From: Arsenophonus endosymbiont of Dermacentor nuttalli
GTDB lineage: Bacteria; Pseudomonadota; Gammaproteobacteria; Enterobacterales; Enterobacteriaceae
Length of the DNA stretch: 64,000 nucleotides
Reading direction: 5' to 3'
Assembly (NCBI GenBank): GCA_048493715.1
Contig: JBGDCZ010000011.1
Coordinates: 343 to 64,342 of the forward strand
The position numbers were made by a program, and so were the translations under genes. Shown piece after piece: positions 11,197 to 24,864 of this stretch. The notes under the pieces are model-generated. The model saw only the letters and a program-made list of their open reading frames with translations, made no database searches and had not been told where the DNA came from. Every line of letters starts with the position of its first letter. Position 1 is the stretch's first letter.

Positions 11197-13584
11197 TTAG
11201 TCCCTCAAGGATGCTTGGAATCGCCGTTTTAACGCAGCAACACATTTATCAACAGTTGCGGCAATCTCTTCTTCTTCCAGAGTACGGCCTGTATCCTGCA
11301 AGATTAAGCTAATAGCAAGGCTCTTATAACCTTCCGCTACACCTTTACCACAATACACGTCAAACAAGTTTATGCCAACTATATGATTTATGCCAATTTT
11401 CTTACATTCAGCTAAAACATCCGCCGTTGCGACCTCTTCTGGAACAACAATAGCAATATCTCGTCGATTGGCAGGAAAACGTGAAATCATATTTGCTTTA
11501 GGAATAACACGCTTTGCAATTACATTCCATTGCAATTCGAAAACAAGGGTCCGACCATTTAAATCTAGCTTATTTTCAAGTTCAGGATGAATTACACCTA
11601 CGTATCCAATATAACTATTATCAAGATAAATCCCAGCACTTTGCCAAGGATGAAGCGCAGGAAAAGATTGCGCCTTAAAAACAATATTGTCTAATTTTCC
11701 GGTTAATTCCAGTATTGCTTCAAGATCACCTTTAATATCAAAAAAATCAACTACCCGTTTTTCCTGTAACCAATGCTCTTCATAACGATTGCCAGTAATA
11801 ACCCCTGCTAACATCAATTCTTGACGAATACCATGTTCAGCTGCTTCATCCGGCACAAATCGTAATCCACTTTCAAATAGTCGAATCCGATTTTGTTGCC
11901 GATTTTGATTATAAATTACCGTCATTAATAATCCTGGCAGCAAAGAAAGCCGCATTGCTGACATATTAGCTGAAATTGGATGAGGTAAAATCATCGTATC
12001 GGAATCTGGATGTAACAAAGCCTGAATTTTAGGATCAACAAAACTATAAGTAATCGCTTCATTGTAACCACGATCAATTAATAAAGTTTTAACGCGTTTT
12101 AATGGCAGCTCCGATTCACAACGTGGAGTCATAACTAAATCAGCATGTAACGGTATATTGGGTATATTATTATAACCATAGACTCGGGCAACTTCCTCGA
12201 TCAGATCTTCTTCAATCTGTATATCAAAACGCCAAGATGGTGCAATTACCTGCCAGCTATCCTGCTGAGCAACTATCTGGCAACCTAAGCGCTGTAGGAT
12301 TTCAGTAACATTAATACCTGGAATACTATGACCAATTAAACGATCAAGTTTTTGCCGAGTTAGCGTTATTTCTGCCGCTTGTGGTAAATTAGTTTCATGG
12401 CTAACATCAATAATATTTCCAGCCTCACCACCACAAATCTCGAGTATTAATCTGGTAGCTCGTTCCATAGCTTTATATTGTAGTTGTGGATCAACACCCC
12501 GTTCAAAACGATGTGAAGCCTCAGTATGAAGACCATAATTACGGGCACGTCCGGCAATGGCTAATGGAGCGAAAAAAGCACACTCTAACACGATATTAGT
12601 GGTATTTTCATTTACACTAGAGTACTTACCGCCAAAAATACCGGCAAGGCCTAAGACGCTTTTCTCATCAGCAATGACCAAAGTATCTGGCTTCAATGCT
12701 ACCTCGGTGTCATCAAGTAAAACTAATCTTTCATCCTGTTTCGCCATGCGAACAATTATGGCGCCATTTAAGCCATCAAGATCATAAGCATGTAAGGGTT
12801 GCCCCAACTCTAATAACACATAATTAGTAATATCAACCACCGAATCAATAGTACGGATCCCGCTGCGAGATAATTTTTCTCTCATCCAGTTAGGGGTTTG
12901 AACTTTAACATCAACCCCCTTTATTACTCGCCCTAAAAAACGTGGACAAGTCGCCGGTGATTCAATATGAATAGGAAAAACAGTCGTATTAGTGCCTTTA
13001 ACCGGTTCAATGTTTACTTTATCTAACTCAAGGCTATTAATAGCAGCAATATCGCGAGCTATACCTAAAATACTTAAAAAATCAGCGCGATTTGGTGTTA
13101 AACTTACTTCGAAAATATGGTCATCTAGTTGTAAGTATTTGCGAATATCGATACCAATCGGCGCATCGTGAGGTAATTCAATAATGCCCGCATGATCATC
13201 AGAAATAGCGAGTTCAGAATAAGAACAAAGCATACCTTCAGATCGTTCGCCACGCAGTTTTGTCGCTTTAATTTTAAAATTACCAGGTAAAATTGCTCCA
13301 AGCGTTGCGACAGCGACTTTTAATCCTTGACGACAATTTGGTGCTCCACAGACGACATTTAGTAAGTGATCAGCGCCAATATTGACCTTTGTTAGCCGCA
13401 ATTTATCTGCATTAGGATGTTGAACACATTCAACAATCTCACCAACTAAGACACCTTGGAATTGACCCGCAACTGGTTTAACCTCATCAATTTCCAACCC
13501 AGCCATCGTCATTTGCTCTGCCAAGGCTTCACTACTAATTGCAGGATTTACCCATTCACGTAACCAAAGTTCACTTAATTTCAT
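11197..13584 (-). CDS. pheT: Phenylalanyl-tRNA synthetase beta subunit
   Basis: 795 aa starting [14 protein letters not shown], in full-length collinearity with E. coli PheT. Confidence 0.97.
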   Translation of the reverse strand: MKLSELWLREWVNPAISSEALAEQMTMAGLEIDEVKPVAGQFQGVLVGEIVECVQHPNADKLRLTKVNIGADHLLNVVCGAPNCRQGLKVAVATLGAILPGNFKIKATKLRGERSEGMLCSYSELAISDDHAGIIELPHDAPIGIDIRKYLQLDDHIFEVSLTPNRADFLSILGIARDIAAINSLELDKVNIEPVKGTNTTVFPIHIESPATCPRFLGRVIKGVDVKVQTPNWMREKLSRSGIRTIDSVVDITNYVLLELGQPLHAYDLDGLNGAIIVRMAKQDERLVLLDDTEVALKPDTLVIADEKSVLGLAGIFGGKYSSVNENTTNIVLECAFFAPLAIAGRARNYGLHTEASHRFERGVDPQLQYKAMERATRLILEICGGEAGNIIDVSHETNLPQAAEITLTRQKLDRLIGHSIPGINVTEILQRLGCQIVAQQDSWQVIAPSWRFDIQIEEDLIEEVARVYGYNNIPNIPLHADLVMTPRCESELPLKRVKTLLIDRGYNEAITYSFVDPKIQALLHPDSDTMILPHPISANMSAMRLSLLPGLLMTVIYNQNRQQNRIRLFESGLRFVPDEAAEHGIRQELMLAGVITGNRYEEHWLQEKRVVDFFDIKGDLEAILELTGKLDNIVFKAQSFPALHPWQSAGIYLDNSYIGYVGVIHPELENKLDLNGRTLVFELQWNVIAKRVIPKANMISRFPANRRDIAIVVPEEVATADVLAECKKIGINHIVGINLFDVYCGKGVAEGYKSLAISLILQDTGRTLEEEEIAATVDKCVAALKRRFQASLRD

Positions 13585-13598
13585 GTGATAGCCCTGCC

Positions 13599-14594
<996 letters not shown>

Positions 14595-14650
14595 TTACGA
14601 CCCTTTGGCCTAATCATTATTGAAAATAAAAAAATTTTTTTAGCAATTAC

Positions 14651-14678
14651 AAACAAAAAAGCCTCCATTCGGAGGCTT
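14651..14678 (-). terminator. pheST attenuator terminator
   Basis: On the minus strand, GCCTCC-GAAT-GGAGGC is followed by TTTTTTGTTT. It lies between the pheM leader peptide and pheS. Confidence 0.75.
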
Positions 14679-14726
14679 ATCGCGGTTTTTCATTTCTTTT
14701 TCTTAAATGCGCGAAAGCCCCAAACT

Positions 14727-14771
14727 TTAGGAGCTAAAGTAAAAAAAGAAACGAAAAAAAACAATTTTCAT
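14727..14771 (-). CDS. pheM: pheST operon leader peptide PheM
   Basis: The minus strand reads ATG AAA ATT GTT TTT TTT CGT TTC TTT TTT TAC TTT AGC TCC TAA, giving [14 protein letters not shown] (7 Phe in 14 aa). Compare E. coli [14 protein letters not shown] (from memory). Confidence 0.85.
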   Translation of the reverse strand: [14 protein letters not shown]

Positions 14772-14832
14772 CTTTAAGCTACTATTCATAGAATAACTCA
14801 TTTTTATAATAAGACAACTATCCATAGTGATT

Positions 14833-14862
14833 AAAAAAGAGAAAGCTAAGTTCCTCTTTTTT
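14833..14862 (-). terminator. Hairpin terminator after rplT
   Basis: On the minus strand, AGAGGAA-CTTAGC-TTTCTCT (one G-U pair) is followed by TTTTTT, 8 nt after the rplT stop. Confidence 0.55.
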
Positions 14863-14869
14863 AACAGTT

Positions 14870-15235
<366 letters not shown>

Positions 15236-15282
15236 CTATCACTTCGAACTAAATTCGATAGTCTTAGACTAAAAATTCAAAC

Positions 15283-15507
<225 letters not shown>

Positions 15508-15570
15508 TTAACAAACTAGTCAGGCGAATAGCTTTCAACCTAAATAGAACTCTATTGCTTGGTTGCCTAA

Positions 15571-16110
15571 CTATTTCTTTTTCGGTGCAAGCACCATGAT
15601 CATCTGACGACCCTCGATCTTAGTTGGAAAAGATTCTACGACTGACAGCTCATCCAAATCGATTTTAATACGATTAAGCATATCAATACCGATCTGTTGG
15701 TGCGCCATTTCACGACCACGAAAACGTAGCGTGATTTTGGCTTTATCACCATCTTCTAGAAAGCGAATCAGGTTGCGTAGTTTGACCTGATAATCACTTT
15801 CATCTGTACCAGGTCGGAATTTAATTTCCTTCACCTGAACAATTTTTTGCTTCTTTTTCTGCTCTTTGATCGATTTACTCTTCTCATAGAGGAACTTGCC
15901 GTAATCCATAATTCGGCAAACCGGCGGCTCGGCATTTGGGCTGATTTCGACTAAATCAACACCTGCTTCCTCGGCTTTTTCAAGAGCTTCTTTTAGACTG
16001 ATAATACCAATCTGCTCGCCGTCTAAACCAGTTAAACGAACTTCAGAAGCACGAATCTCCGTATTAATACGATTCGGGCGCACCGTTTGAATTCTTTTTC
16101 CGCCTTTAAT
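15571..16110 (-). CDS. infC: Translation initiation factor IF-3 with AUU start
   Basis: The ORF-track version starts at an internal GTG. The upstream frame reads ATT AAA GGC GGA AAA AGA ATT CAA ACG, giving (M)KGGKRIQT, which matches the E. coli IF3 N-terminus MKGGKRVQT. The ATT at 16110 is 3 nt after the thrS stop. Confidence 0.9.
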   Translation of the reverse strand: MKGGKRIQTVRPNRINTEIRASEVRLTGLDGEQIGIISLKEALEKAEEAGVDLVEISPNAEPPVCRIMDYGKFLYEKSKSIKEQKKKQKIVQVKEIKFRPGTDESDYQVKLRNLIRFLEDGDKAKITLRFRGREMAHQQIGIDMLNRIKIDLDELSVVESFPTKIEGRQMIMVLAPKKK

Positions 16111-16113
16111 ACC

Positions 16114-18036
16114 TTATTCCTCCAGTTGATAAATACGACGAGTACGAATTTCATCAAGCACTCTTTCTGCAAATTTTGTGACGTCAAATGTTCCTAAATC
16201 CCTGCCATCGCGAGTACGAACAGATACCTGGTTCGATTCAACTTCCTTATCGCCACAAACTAACATATAAGGAACGCGACGCAAAGTATGCTCACGAATT
16301 TTAAAGCCTATTTTCTCGTTTCTCAAGTCCGCTTTTGCACGAATACCAAAATTACGCAAATTTTCTACTACTTTTTGCACAAAATCAGCCTGCGCATCCG
16401 TGATATTTATTATAACAATTTGTAATGGAGCTAACCAGGTTGGGAAAAAACCGGCATACTGCTCAATTAAAATCCCAATAAAACGTTCAAGTGAGCCTAA
16501 AACAGCACGATGGATCATTACCGGAACCTGACGTTCATTATTTTCATCTACATAAGAAGCACCTAAACGACTCGGTAATGAGAAATCAAGCTGTACAGTA
16601 CCACATTGCCATGCCCGATCCAAACAATCATACAGAGTAAACTCAATTTTGGGGCCATAAAATGCACCTTCACCGGGTTGATAATCGAATTCAATATCCC
16701 CTAGTGCCTTAGCCAGATCTGCTTCGGCACGATCCCATTGAGCATCAGTGCCTATCCGTTTTTCTGGTCGGGTTGACAATTTAACCGCAATTTTTTCAAA
16801 ACCAAATGTTGCATAAACATCATAAATCATTTTAATGCAACTTTTCACTTCATCTAAAATCTGATCTTCAGTACAAAAAATATGGGCATCATCTTGAGTA
16901 AATCCCCGCACGCGCATCAAGCCATGTAAAGCGCCGGATGGTTCATTACGGTGACAACTGCCAAACTCAGCCATACGTAGTGGCAAATCACGATAAGATT
17001 TCAAACCTTGATTAAATATCTGTACATGCCCTGGACAATTCATCGGTTTTATACAATATTCTCGGTTTTCCGATGACGTGGTAAACATGTTTTCTTTATA
17101 GTTTTCCCAGTGACCTGTTTTTTCCCAAAGAATACGATCCATCATCAATGGACCTTTTACTTCTTGATATCGATATTCATTCAATTTAGTACGAATAAAG
17201 TTTTCCAATTCACGAAATATGATCCAACCATCATTATGCCAAAATGCCATACCTGGTGCTTCTTCTTGCATATGATAAAGATCAAGTTGCTTACCTATCT
17301 TACGATGATCACGTTTTGCTGCCTCTTCTAAACGTAACAAATAAGCAGCTAATTGTTTTTTATTAGCCCAAGCTGTTCCATAGATCCTTTGTAGCATCTT
17401 GTTATCGCTATTACCGCGCCAATACGCTCCAGCCACTTTCTGTAATTTGAAATAATGACAAAAACGCATATTGGGGACATGCGGCCCACGACACATATCA
17501 ATATATTCTTCATGATAATAAAGTCCAGGATGATCATCTTTTTTAATATTTTCATCCAAAATTTTAACTTTATAATCCTCCCCTCGAGCAACAAAAGTAT
17601 CCCGAGCTTCCTGCCAACTAACTCGCTTTTTGATAACATCATAGTTCTTTTCAGCGAGTTCGTACATGCGCTGCTCAAGTTTGTCCAAATCTTCCTGTGT
17701 TAAAGAGTGCTCTAGATCAACGTCATAGTAAAAACCATTCTCAATAATAGGGCCAATTGCCATTTTAGTGGCTGGCAATAATTGTTTAATTGCATGCCCA
17801 AGTAAATGTGCACATGAATGACGAATAATCTCTAAGCCTTCAAGATCTTTACTGGTAATAATGGCTACTTGAGCGTCATTATTAATCACATCACTCGCAT
17901 CAACAAGCTCACCATTAACACGACCGGCAATACAGGCTTTTGCAAGGCCTGAACCAATATCATTAGCAATATCCATAATTGAAACAGCATGCTGATATTG
18001 ACGTTGACTTCCGTCAGGAAGAGTAATAACTGGCAT
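16114..18036 (-). CDS. thrS: Threonyl-tRNA synthetase
   Basis: 640 aa starting [12 protein letters not shown], roughly 80 percent identical by eye to E. coli ThrS over the N-terminal 300 aa. Confidence 0.97.
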   Translation of the reverse strand: MPVITLPDGSQRQYQHAVSIMDIANDIGSGLAKACIAGRVNGELVDASDVINNDAQVAIITSKDLEGLEIIRHSCAHLLGHAIKQLLPATKMAIGPIIENGFYYDVDLEHSLTQEDLDKLEQRMYELAEKNYDVIKKRVSWQEARDTFVARGEDYKVKILDENIKKDDHPGLYYHEEYIDMCRGPHVPNMRFCHYFKLQKVAGAYWRGNSDNKMLQRIYGTAWANKKQLAAYLLRLEEAAKRDHRKIGKQLDLYHMQEEAPGMAFWHNDGWIIFRELENFIRTKLNEYRYQEVKGPLMMDRILWEKTGHWENYKENMFTTSSENREYCIKPMNCPGHVQIFNQGLKSYRDLPLRMAEFGSCHRNEPSGALHGLMRVRGFTQDDAHIFCTEDQILDEVKSCIKMIYDVYATFGFEKIAVKLSTRPEKRIGTDAQWDRAEADLAKALGDIEFDYQPGEGAFYGPKIEFTLYDCLDRAWQCGTVQLDFSLPSRLGASYVDENNERQVPVMIHRAVLGSLERFIGILIEQYAGFFPTWLAPLQIVIINITDAQADFVQKVVENLRNFGIRAKADLRNEKIGFKIREHTLRRVPYMLVCGDKEVESNQVSVRTRDGRDLGTFDVTKFAERVLDEIRTRRIYQLEE

Positions 18037-18057
18037 TTAAAATCCTTATTTACAGTG

Positions 18058-18078
18058 GTGACCCATACGCAAGATCAC
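18058..18078 (-). promoter_or_regulatory. thrS translational operator, anticodon-arm mimic hairpin (domain 2-like)
   Basis: The minus-strand RNA GUGAUCU-UGCGUAU-GGGUCAC has a 7-bp stem and a 7-nt loop with CGU (Thr anticodon) at loop positions 3-5. The CGU falls at -33..-31 from the AUG, just 5' of the AAGGA Shine-Dalgarno. Confidence 0.6.
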
Positions 18079-18475
18079 ATGTATAAAAATATATTTTTAT
18101 TAAAAATGAGTTAAAGCAATTTCTTACTTCACCTAGTAATTGATATACGTTAAGAAAACGCCCAAACAGAGCAAAAGGGATATACGTACTTGTATTAACT
18201 TAGTGGCGCATAATATCACTATGCAGGATTGATTAATAGATTAAATCTCGGATAATAAGAATAAAATACTAAAAATATAGCAACAAATTAATCGTCAGCT
18301 AGTTAAATTTTGATTAATCAACCTAATTTAAATTTATTTTTATAATACAATGAAATAGTATTATAAAACTATATAAGTTTATTGCTAAAATTTTATTGAT
18401 GTTTGCTAATCAGTGATTTTTTGGAAAAAAGCTTATAATAAAAAATTATTAACATTTTCTATTATAAATCAATAA

Positions 18476-19145
18476 TTAATCTATCATAGCTATCGAATTG
18501 TAAGCATTTTTAATTTTCCAAAGATAGCGTGGTGCTTGCTCACTTGGGGGTTTTGTTTGAATATGCTGATAAAACTCTTCTATGGTTAACTTATTAAGTT
18601 TATCGATTGCAAGATAAGGATCCTTATCAAAAATTCGTAATAATGCTCCAGCACCATTAACATAAGCAACAACGGTTGTATATAATAAAGTACTTTCGGA
18701 TCACGGATACCCGATAAATGTTTATCTTGAATAAAACTAATATAGGCCGTTCCAACATCAATATTAATCGCCGGATCTTTAAGTTGACTCGTTGTCGGTT
18801 GCCCTACTTTACCCTGTAACCGATAAGCATCACGACCGGCGGTAGAAGCCTTAACTTGCATTAAACCGATCACGTTAGATTTACTGACTGTATTAGCGCG
18901 AAAATTAGATTCCACTTTGATAATCGCTCTAATTAGGTTTTCATCAACACTATAGTGTTGGGCTACCTGTCTAATTACAGCATCGTAAGCGGTTCTTGAT
19001 GGTACACTTTCGGTTTGCTCCTCTATTCCTCTATAATAACATAGAGTAGATAATCGTTTTGATAGGCTGTTTTCTGGTTATTTGATTGTTTGCTAGAACC
19101 CACCAATACAATAATAAATACGACGCCACAACTTTTAAATTTCAC
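18476..19145 (-). pseudogene. emtA: Lytic murein transglycosylase EmtA (MltE), disrupted
   Basis: Fragments align with E. coli EmtA (VESNFRANxVSKSNxIGLMQxKASTxGRD..; VVAYVNGAGALLR..QAPRYLWK). There is at least one frameshift near 18690 and a stop in the N-terminal part. The lipobox Cys is missing (VLVGSSKQ). Confidence 0.8.
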
Positions 19146-19278
19146 CTTACGCCAACTTCCAGTTGCTTGATCCTATTTAGGATAACCTAATGAGATAAAA
19201 ATGGTCCCTTTGAGCGTTGAGTTGTGAAGATGCTCTCATTATCTACTATATACATCACAATTACAATTATTGATCATA

Positions 19279-19312
19279 TTGACATCTTTCCTATATAGTT
19301 GATAATCATTCT
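19279..19312 (+). promoter_or_regulatory. sitA promoter with Fur box
   Basis: TTGACA at 19279-19284, a 16-17 nt spacer, then GATAAT. The overlapping ATAGTTGATAATCATTCTC matches 13/19 of the Fur consensus GATAATGATAATCATTATC, with core GATAATCATT exact. Confidence 0.6.
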
Positions 19313-19354
19313 CATTAATGTATGATTTATTACTTTATTATCGGGGAAACATTT

Positions 19355-20266
19355 ATGTATAAAAGATCCAGCCTATGGTCTAGGTACATTTTTACTGGTT
19401 TAGCTATAATTACTACACTTGCTCTTTTTAATCCAATTGCATACGCAAAAAAATTTACCGTTGTAACTACTTTTACTATCATCCAAGATATTGCGCAAAA
19501 TGTAGCAGGTAATGCAGCAAATGTTCAATCGATCACCAAACCGGGAGCGGAAATTCATGGATATCAACCGACCCCCAAAGACATTCTAAAAGCACATAAT
19601 GCTGATTTAATTTTATGGAATGGATTAGGACTTGAAACATGGTTTAAACGCTTTTTTGCAAACTTCCAACATATTCCAGCCGTTACTGTTACTAAAGGAA
19701 TAAAACCAATACCTATTCGCGAAGGTGAATATCAAGGTAATCCTAATCCTCATGCCTGGATGTCGGCGCAAAATGCATTAATATATATTGAAAATATTCG
19801 GGCTGCGCTCGTAAAATCTGACCCTAAAAATGCAGATATCTATAACCATAATGCGAAAATATATGCTAGTAAAATCAGCAATATTGATGAACCCCTACGT
19901 AAAAGACTAGCCCAAATACCGCAAGAAAAACGCTGGTTAGTGACCAGTGAAGGTGCTTTTAGTTATCTAGCTAAAGATTATGGCCTTAAAGAAGCTTATT
20001 TGTGGCCAATTAACGCTGAGGAACAGGGCTCACCACAACAAGTTCGTAAGGTTATCGACATTGTGAGAAAATATAAGATTCCCGTCGTGTTCAGCGAAAG
20101 TACCGTTTCTGATAAACCAGCTAAACAAGTCAGTAGAGAGACCGGTGCTCAATATGGTGGTGTACTCTATGTTGACTCTCTTTCTACCAGTGATGGCCCG
20201 GTTCCAACCTATATAGAACTATTAAAAAATACCGTTAATACTATTGCAAAAGGTTTTGGTCAATAA
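19355..20266 (+). CDS. sitA: Periplasmic Mn/Fe-binding protein of the SitABCD/YfeABCD ABC transporter
   Basis: Cluster-9 solute-binding protein ([27 protein letters not shown]) with a signal peptide from ATG 19355. The ORF is open from 19322. Confidence 0.85.
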   Translation: MYKRSSLWSRYIFTGLAIITTLALFNPIAYAKKFTVVTTFTIIQDIAQNVAGNAANVQSITKPGAEIHGYQPTPKDILKAHNADLILWNGLGLETWFKRFFANFQHIPAVTVTKGIKPIPIREGEYQGNPNPHAWMSAQNALIYIENIRAALVKSDPKNADIYNHNAKIYASKISNIDEPLRKRLAQIPQEKRWLVTSEGAFSYLAKDYGLKEAYLWPINAEEQGSPQQVRKVIDIVRKYKIPVVFSESTVSDKPAKQVSRETGAQYGGVLYVDSLSTSDGPVPTYIELLKNTVNTIAKGFGQ

Positions 20267-20268
20267 TA

Positions 20269-21153
20269 ATGAGTAACGATACTTTTTACGAAAAACCTAA
20301 CTTAGTTGTTGATAATGCAACTGTTACATACAATAACGGACATACTGCTATTTATGACGCCAGCTTCAATATCACTGTCGGCTCAATTTGTGCGCTATTA
20401 GGAGTTAATGGTAGCGGCAAATCCACCCTGTTTAAAACAATAATGGGTTTAGTAACACCAACAAAGGGACGGGTAACATTAAACAATGCCCCTATCAAAA
20501 CTGCCCTTAAACAAAATATTATTGCTTACGTACCACAAACTGAAGAAGTTGACTGGAATTTTCCGGTCCTAGTTTCTGATGTAGTAATGATGGGACGCTA
20601 TGGTAAAATGGGTATTTTACGTATTCCCAGTCAACAAGATAAACAAATTGTTGCTGATTCGCTTGCGCGAGTTGATCTTACCGGTTTAGAAAAAAGACAA
20701 ATAGGTGAGCTCTCTGGTGGGCAAAAGAAACGAGTTTTTCTCGCACGAGCACTTGCCCAAGAAGGAAAAGTATTACTTCTTGATGAACCTTTTACTGGCG
20801 TCGATGTAAAAACGGAAAATGCTATTATTGAGCTTTTACGCTCATTACGGAGTAATGGCTATCTTATTTTGGTTTCTACTCATAACTTGGGAAGCGTACC
20901 TGAATTTTGTGATCAAGTTATTTTAGTAAACCGCACCATACTGGCTAGTGGGCCAATTGAAACAACTTTTACCCAGAAAAATATTCAACTCGCTTTTGGC
21001 GGGGTACTGCGGCATATTAATCTCTCTGGAGCTGAACTTCATTACGATGATGATCCTCGTTCATTGACTGTTATTACTGATGATGAAAGAGCAGCTATTT
21101 TTTATGGTCACCATGAACAAGCATCAGTTATTAAAAAGCAACCAGAGGAATAA
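20269..21153 (+). CDS. sitB: Mn/Fe ABC transporter ATPase
   Basis: Walker [10 protein letters not shown], signature LSGGQKKR, Walker B LLLDEP. Confidence 0.9.
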   Translation: MSNDTFYEKPNLVVDNATVTYNNGHTAIYDASFNITVGSICALLGVNGSGKSTLFKTIMGLVTPTKGRVTLNNAPIKTALKQNIIAYVPQTEEVDWNFPVLVSDVVMMGRYGKMGILRIPSQQDKQIVADSLARVDLTGLEKRQIGELSGGQKKRVFLARALAQEGKVLLLDEPFTGVDVKTENAIIELLRSLRSNGYLILVSTHNLGSVPEFCDQVILVNRTILASGPIETTFTQKNIQLAFGGVLRHINLSGAELHYDDDPRSLTVITDDERAAIFYGHHEQASVIKKQPEE

Positions 21154-21156
21154 ATC

Positions 21157-22047
21157 ATGTTGGATCTATTGCTTCAGCCCTTTGAATATAACTACATGGT
21201 TAAAGCAATCTGGGTTAGCGCTATCGTTGGCGCAGTCTGTGCTTTTCTCTCTGCTTACTTAATGTTAAAGGGATGGTCATTAATGGGTGATGCCCTTTCC
21301 CATTCTGTCGTGCCAGGTGTCGCTAGCGCCTATGCACTTGGCTTCCCCTACGCCGTAGGTGCTTTTTTTACCGGTATTCTTGCTGCACTTTCTATGACAT
21401 TCGTGCGCCATATTTCGAAACTGAAAGAAGATGCAGTAATTGGTTTTATTTTTTCCACCTTCTTCACCGTAGGATTGCTAATTCTTTCATTAAATCCCAC
21501 GTCAGTGAATGTACAAACTATTATCTTTGGCAATATTTTAGGTATTGCCGATGAAGATGTACTCCAAGTTGAAATTATTATTACCATTTCTTTTATTATG
21601 CTTATGTTTATATGGAAAGATTTACTTGTCGTATTCTTTGATGAAAATCACGCTCGCTCTATTGGACTAAAACCGTTAAAACTAAAAATTATCTTTTTTA
21701 CGCTACTTAGCGCCTGTACGGTTGCCGCTTTACAAACCGTGGGATCGATACTTGTCATCGCAATGGTCATTACACCTGGAGCAACCGCTTATTTACTCAC
21801 GGATCAATTCAAACGGCTACTCTTTATTGCCATACTGATTGGATTTACCTCTAGTGCTCTTGGCGCTTATATTAGCTATTTTATTAATGGTGCTACCGGC
21901 GGAATCATTGTTACCCTACAAACTTTGGTTTTCCTCTTGGCCTTCTTTTTTGCACCTAAATATGGTTTATTCGTATCCCACCGAAAAGCACGCGAAGAAA
22001 TCGTAAACCTCAAACAATTAGAGCAAGAGGTAAGTCACAATGAATGA
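21157..22047 (+). CDS. sitC: Mn/Fe ABC transporter permease
   Basis: 296-aa ABC-3 family permease, adjacent to sitB. Confidence 0.88.
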   Translation: MLDLLLQPFEYNYMVKAIWVSAIVGAVCAFLSAYLMLKGWSLMGDALSHSVVPGVASAYALGFPYAVGAFFTGILAALSMTFVRHISKLKEDAVIGFIFSTFFTVGLLILSLNPTSVNVQTIIFGNILGIADEDVLQVEIIITISFIMLMFIWKDLLVVFFDENHARSIGLKPLKLKIIFFTLLSACTVAALQTVGSILVIAMVITPGATAYLLTDQFKRLLFIAILIGFTSSALGAYISYFINGATGGIIVTLQTLVFLLAFFFAPKYGLFVSHRKAREEIVNLKQLEQEVSHNE

Positions 22048-22879
22048 CTTTATGGAGTTATTAATAACGCCTTTTGTTTTTCCGTTTATGCAAAAAGTCA
22101 TTATTACCGCACTTGTCACCGGAACAGTATGTTCTATCCTCTCATGCTTTTTAATACTTAAGGGTTGGTCTTTAATGGGTGATACTATTTCTCATGCTGT
22201 ATTACCCGGGATCGTTATCGCCTTTGTTATCGGTATTCCCTTATCAATCGGCGCTTTTTTATCAGGAATTTTTTGTGCATTTGCAACCGGTTATCTAAAA
22301 GAAAATAGTCGCATAAAAGAAGATACTGTCATGGGGATTGTTTTTTCCGGGATGTTTGCGTTTGGATTAGTACTATTTGCCCGTATTGATACAGATCAAC
22401 ATCTTACCCATATTCTTTTTGGCAATATCCTAGGCATTACTGAGACCGAATTTAAACAAACACTCTACATCTCAGCTTTTACCATTGCAATTATTCTATT
22501 AAAACGTAAGGATTTTATGCTCTACTGTTTTAACCCTAATCAGGCTAAAGTTATCGGTTTATCTGTTAAACTTTTACATTATGGATTACTGTCTTTATTA
22601 GCTCTCACCATTGTTGCATCTTTACAAGCAGTAGGAATAATTCTAGTAATAGCTATGCTTATTTCTCCTGGCATTATTGCTTTTACGTTATGTCAAAACT
22701 TTAATCGAATGCTAATTATTGCTGTTATTGCTTCTACCACTTCCTCGCTTATCGGCACTATTCTGAGTTTTCATATTGATGCCGCAACTGGTCCTTGTAT
22801 TGTACTAACGCAAGCAATCTATTTTATAGCTGCATTAATCTACAACTATATCAGTAAAATAAAAAAGCGTCTTTTTTGA
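22040..22879 (+). CDS. sitD: Mn/Fe ABC transporter permease
   Basis: 279-aa ABC-3 permease paralogous to SitC, with an 8-nt overlap with sitC. Confidence 0.88.
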   Translation: MNDFMELLITPFVFPFMQKVIITALVTGTVCSILSCFLILKGWSLMGDTISHAVLPGIVIAFVIGIPLSIGAFLSGIFCAFATGYLKENSRIKEDTVMGIVFSGMFAFGLVLFARIDTDQHLTHILFGNILGITETEFKQTLYISAFTIAIILLKRKDFMLYCFNPNQAKVIGLSVKLLHYGLLSLLALTIVASLQAVGIILVIAMLISPGIIAFTLCQNFNRMLIIAVIASTTSSLIGTILSFHIDAATGPCIVLTQAIYFIAALIYNYISKIKKRLF

Positions 22880-23292
22880 ATAAAATATCAATTCGCTCAT
22901 AAGCAATATTGTTAAATTAAAAATAACTGACAAAAAATTAAGATTATCTTATTTTTGATAGATGATAATCCTGTTTTTTACTAGCAGAGACTATTCACTA
23001 ACCTTAATCAGCTATAATATAATCTCTTAAATTTAATAGGGAAGCGGCTAACATCAGCAGGCAATAAATCATTAATTAAACGGATCCTTAGTATTGTAAA
23101 ACTTGCCTACTAAAGCTAAATAAAAAACGCTATATTTATCTTTTGATAAGCGCTAAGCGATATATCACCATTATTTAGTAAATTACTATAATCCCTCGAA
23201 ATGACAATAGTTTTACAACTAGATAATTAATTATGATCTTCACGTTACCTTTCAATAACATATTTATTTTCAAATTGATTATAATAAAAAAA

Positions 23293-23842
23293 CTACCAAC
23301 CTAAGATATTCAATACGAAGTAAATCATTCCTCCTAATATAACCGGCAATACATACAGTAGAAAAATTTGCTGAAAATAGTATGAGACGGAATAGTAATT
23401 TTTGCTTCTATTTCTTCTTTTGAAACTTCAACACCTTTTGCTCTTTCAACAAATAAGGTAATATTCAATACTTTCTTTGATAAATTTTAACTGACGATTC
23501 ATTCTGTTAGCTGAAGCACTCAAAGCTTGGTCAACAAACATCAAGTAAAATAGCAAAATAAAACCGAAATTAGCTGTTAAAAATCCCCCATATATGAGTA
23601 TTAGGAATAGATGAATTATGCAAAAAAATTTAGAAAAGTGGTATTTCGTTTTACTATATACACCATAATTTTAATAAAATTATTGACTACCGCATTTAAA
23701 CCAGTGCCTTGTAAAGCTTGCTTTTCTGCTAACTGCTAAAGAAATTAATGATACTACATGTAGACACGAGCGCTAGAGAAAAAACTATCCACCCTAAAAT
23801 ACGCTTTCCAATAGCGATATAAAATGCTGTTTGGTAATTCAT
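23293..23842 (-). pseudogene. yniB: Inner membrane protein YniB, multiply frameshifted
   Basis: Hand translation across frames gives MNYQTAFYIAIGKRILGWIVFSLALVSTCSII.., ..GLNAVVNNF.., ..SASANRMNRQLKFIKESIE.., ..KGVEVSKEEIEAKITIPSHTIF... These align in order with E. coli YniB (MTYQQAGRIAVLKRILGWVIFIPALISTL..). No piece is long enough to appear in the ORF track. Confidence 0.7.
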
Positions 23843-24021
23843 TAAAGCTCCCCATATTTTTTATATTACTATTTAAATGAATAAGTAAATATTATAAAAA
23901 ATATATAATTGTTATTTTATCACTAATCAAAATTAACCCTAGCCTATCTATATTAAAAGATTTTTTTATTTTACAATTAATAAAATTAATCGGTAAGTCA
24001 TGAATAATAGGAGTCCTTTTA

Positions 24022-24687
24022 ATGTCTCATCAATTATCTATCAAAGCTGCTATTTTTGATATGGATGGCTTATTGATTAATTCTGAGCCCCTTTGGGGTC
24101 AAGCAGAAAAAGAAATTCTGGGTAAACTTGGTGTAACTACTTCAATTGTAAATCAACTTCCTGACACACTAGGACTACGCATCGATCAAGTTGTACAACT
24201 GTGGTATTTGGCTTCTCCTTAGCAAGGTGCCTCATTAAAAGAGGGGGAACAAAAAATTATTAAACGTGTTATTGCACTTATAGAAGAACAACGTCCACTA
24301 TTGTCCGATGTTAAACATGCTCTTCAACTATGTCAAGATCATAACTTAAAAATCGGTTTAGCATCTGCTTCCCCCAAACATATGCTAGAAAAAGTACTTA
24401 CTATGTTTAATATTCACGATTGCTTCTCAGCCGTCGTATCAGCAACCCCATTGCCCTACAGCAAACCCCATCCCGGGGTTTACATACAAACAGCCCAACT
24501 ACTAGATGTTGAACCAATACATTGTGTTGCTTTTGAAGACTCTTTTCATGGCATGACTGCTGTTAAAACTGCCCGTATGCGTAGTATCGTTGTTCCACCA
24601 GCAGATCATTTTACTGATCCTCGTTAGGCATTAGCGGATATCAAACTCAATACACTGGATGAATTAACAACTAAACATATCATTTGA
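24022..24687 (+). pseudogene. hxpB: Hexitol/2-deoxyglucose-6-phosphatase HxpB (YniC), two in-frame amber stops
   Basis: HAD motifs DMDGLLINSEP and GLASASP are present and the reading frame is continuous and collinear with E. coli YniC. It is interrupted only by TAG at 24220-24222 (aligned to Trp) and TAG at 24625-24627. Confidence 0.85.
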
Positions 24688-24830
24688 ACTTTATCGATTG
24701 GCAGTATTCCAACTTGAATATATCTAAAACATTATTACTTTTCTCACCAGCTAACTACAAAATACTAATCTTATTATTTAATAAATTCGATTACACTACT
24801 CAAATCATGTCAAAACTATTATACTCTATA

Positions 24831-24850
24831 AACTGTATAAATAAACAGTG
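24831..24850. promoter_or_regulatory. LexA (SOS) box upstream of ydjM
   Basis: aaCTGTATAAATAAACAGtg has the CTGT-N8-ACAG core intact, 15 nt upstream of the ydjM ATG. E. coli ydjM is a known LexA regulon member. Confidence 0.75.
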
Positions 24851-24864
24851 GGACATTATGTGTT

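Noticed and set aside
19036-19062. AACATAG half-site resembling an MntR box upstream of sitA
   Set aside because: The second half-site is absent, and the sequence lies inside the emtA pseudogene about 300 bp from sitA.
24220-24627. Idea that in-frame TAG codons (hxpB x2, dmsB 39388, AKR 46280, yeiB 61562 and 61553) reflect amber suppression or codon reassignment rather than pseudogenisation
   Set aside because: The same or neighbouring genes also carry frameshifts, lost start codons and a replaced Fe-S Cys. psiF has two in-frame TAA codons and the protease has a TGA. Intact genes here terminate with ordinary stops. TGG, CAG, GAG or AAG changing to TAG is expected under AT-biased mutation. 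The sample is too small to claim a bias.
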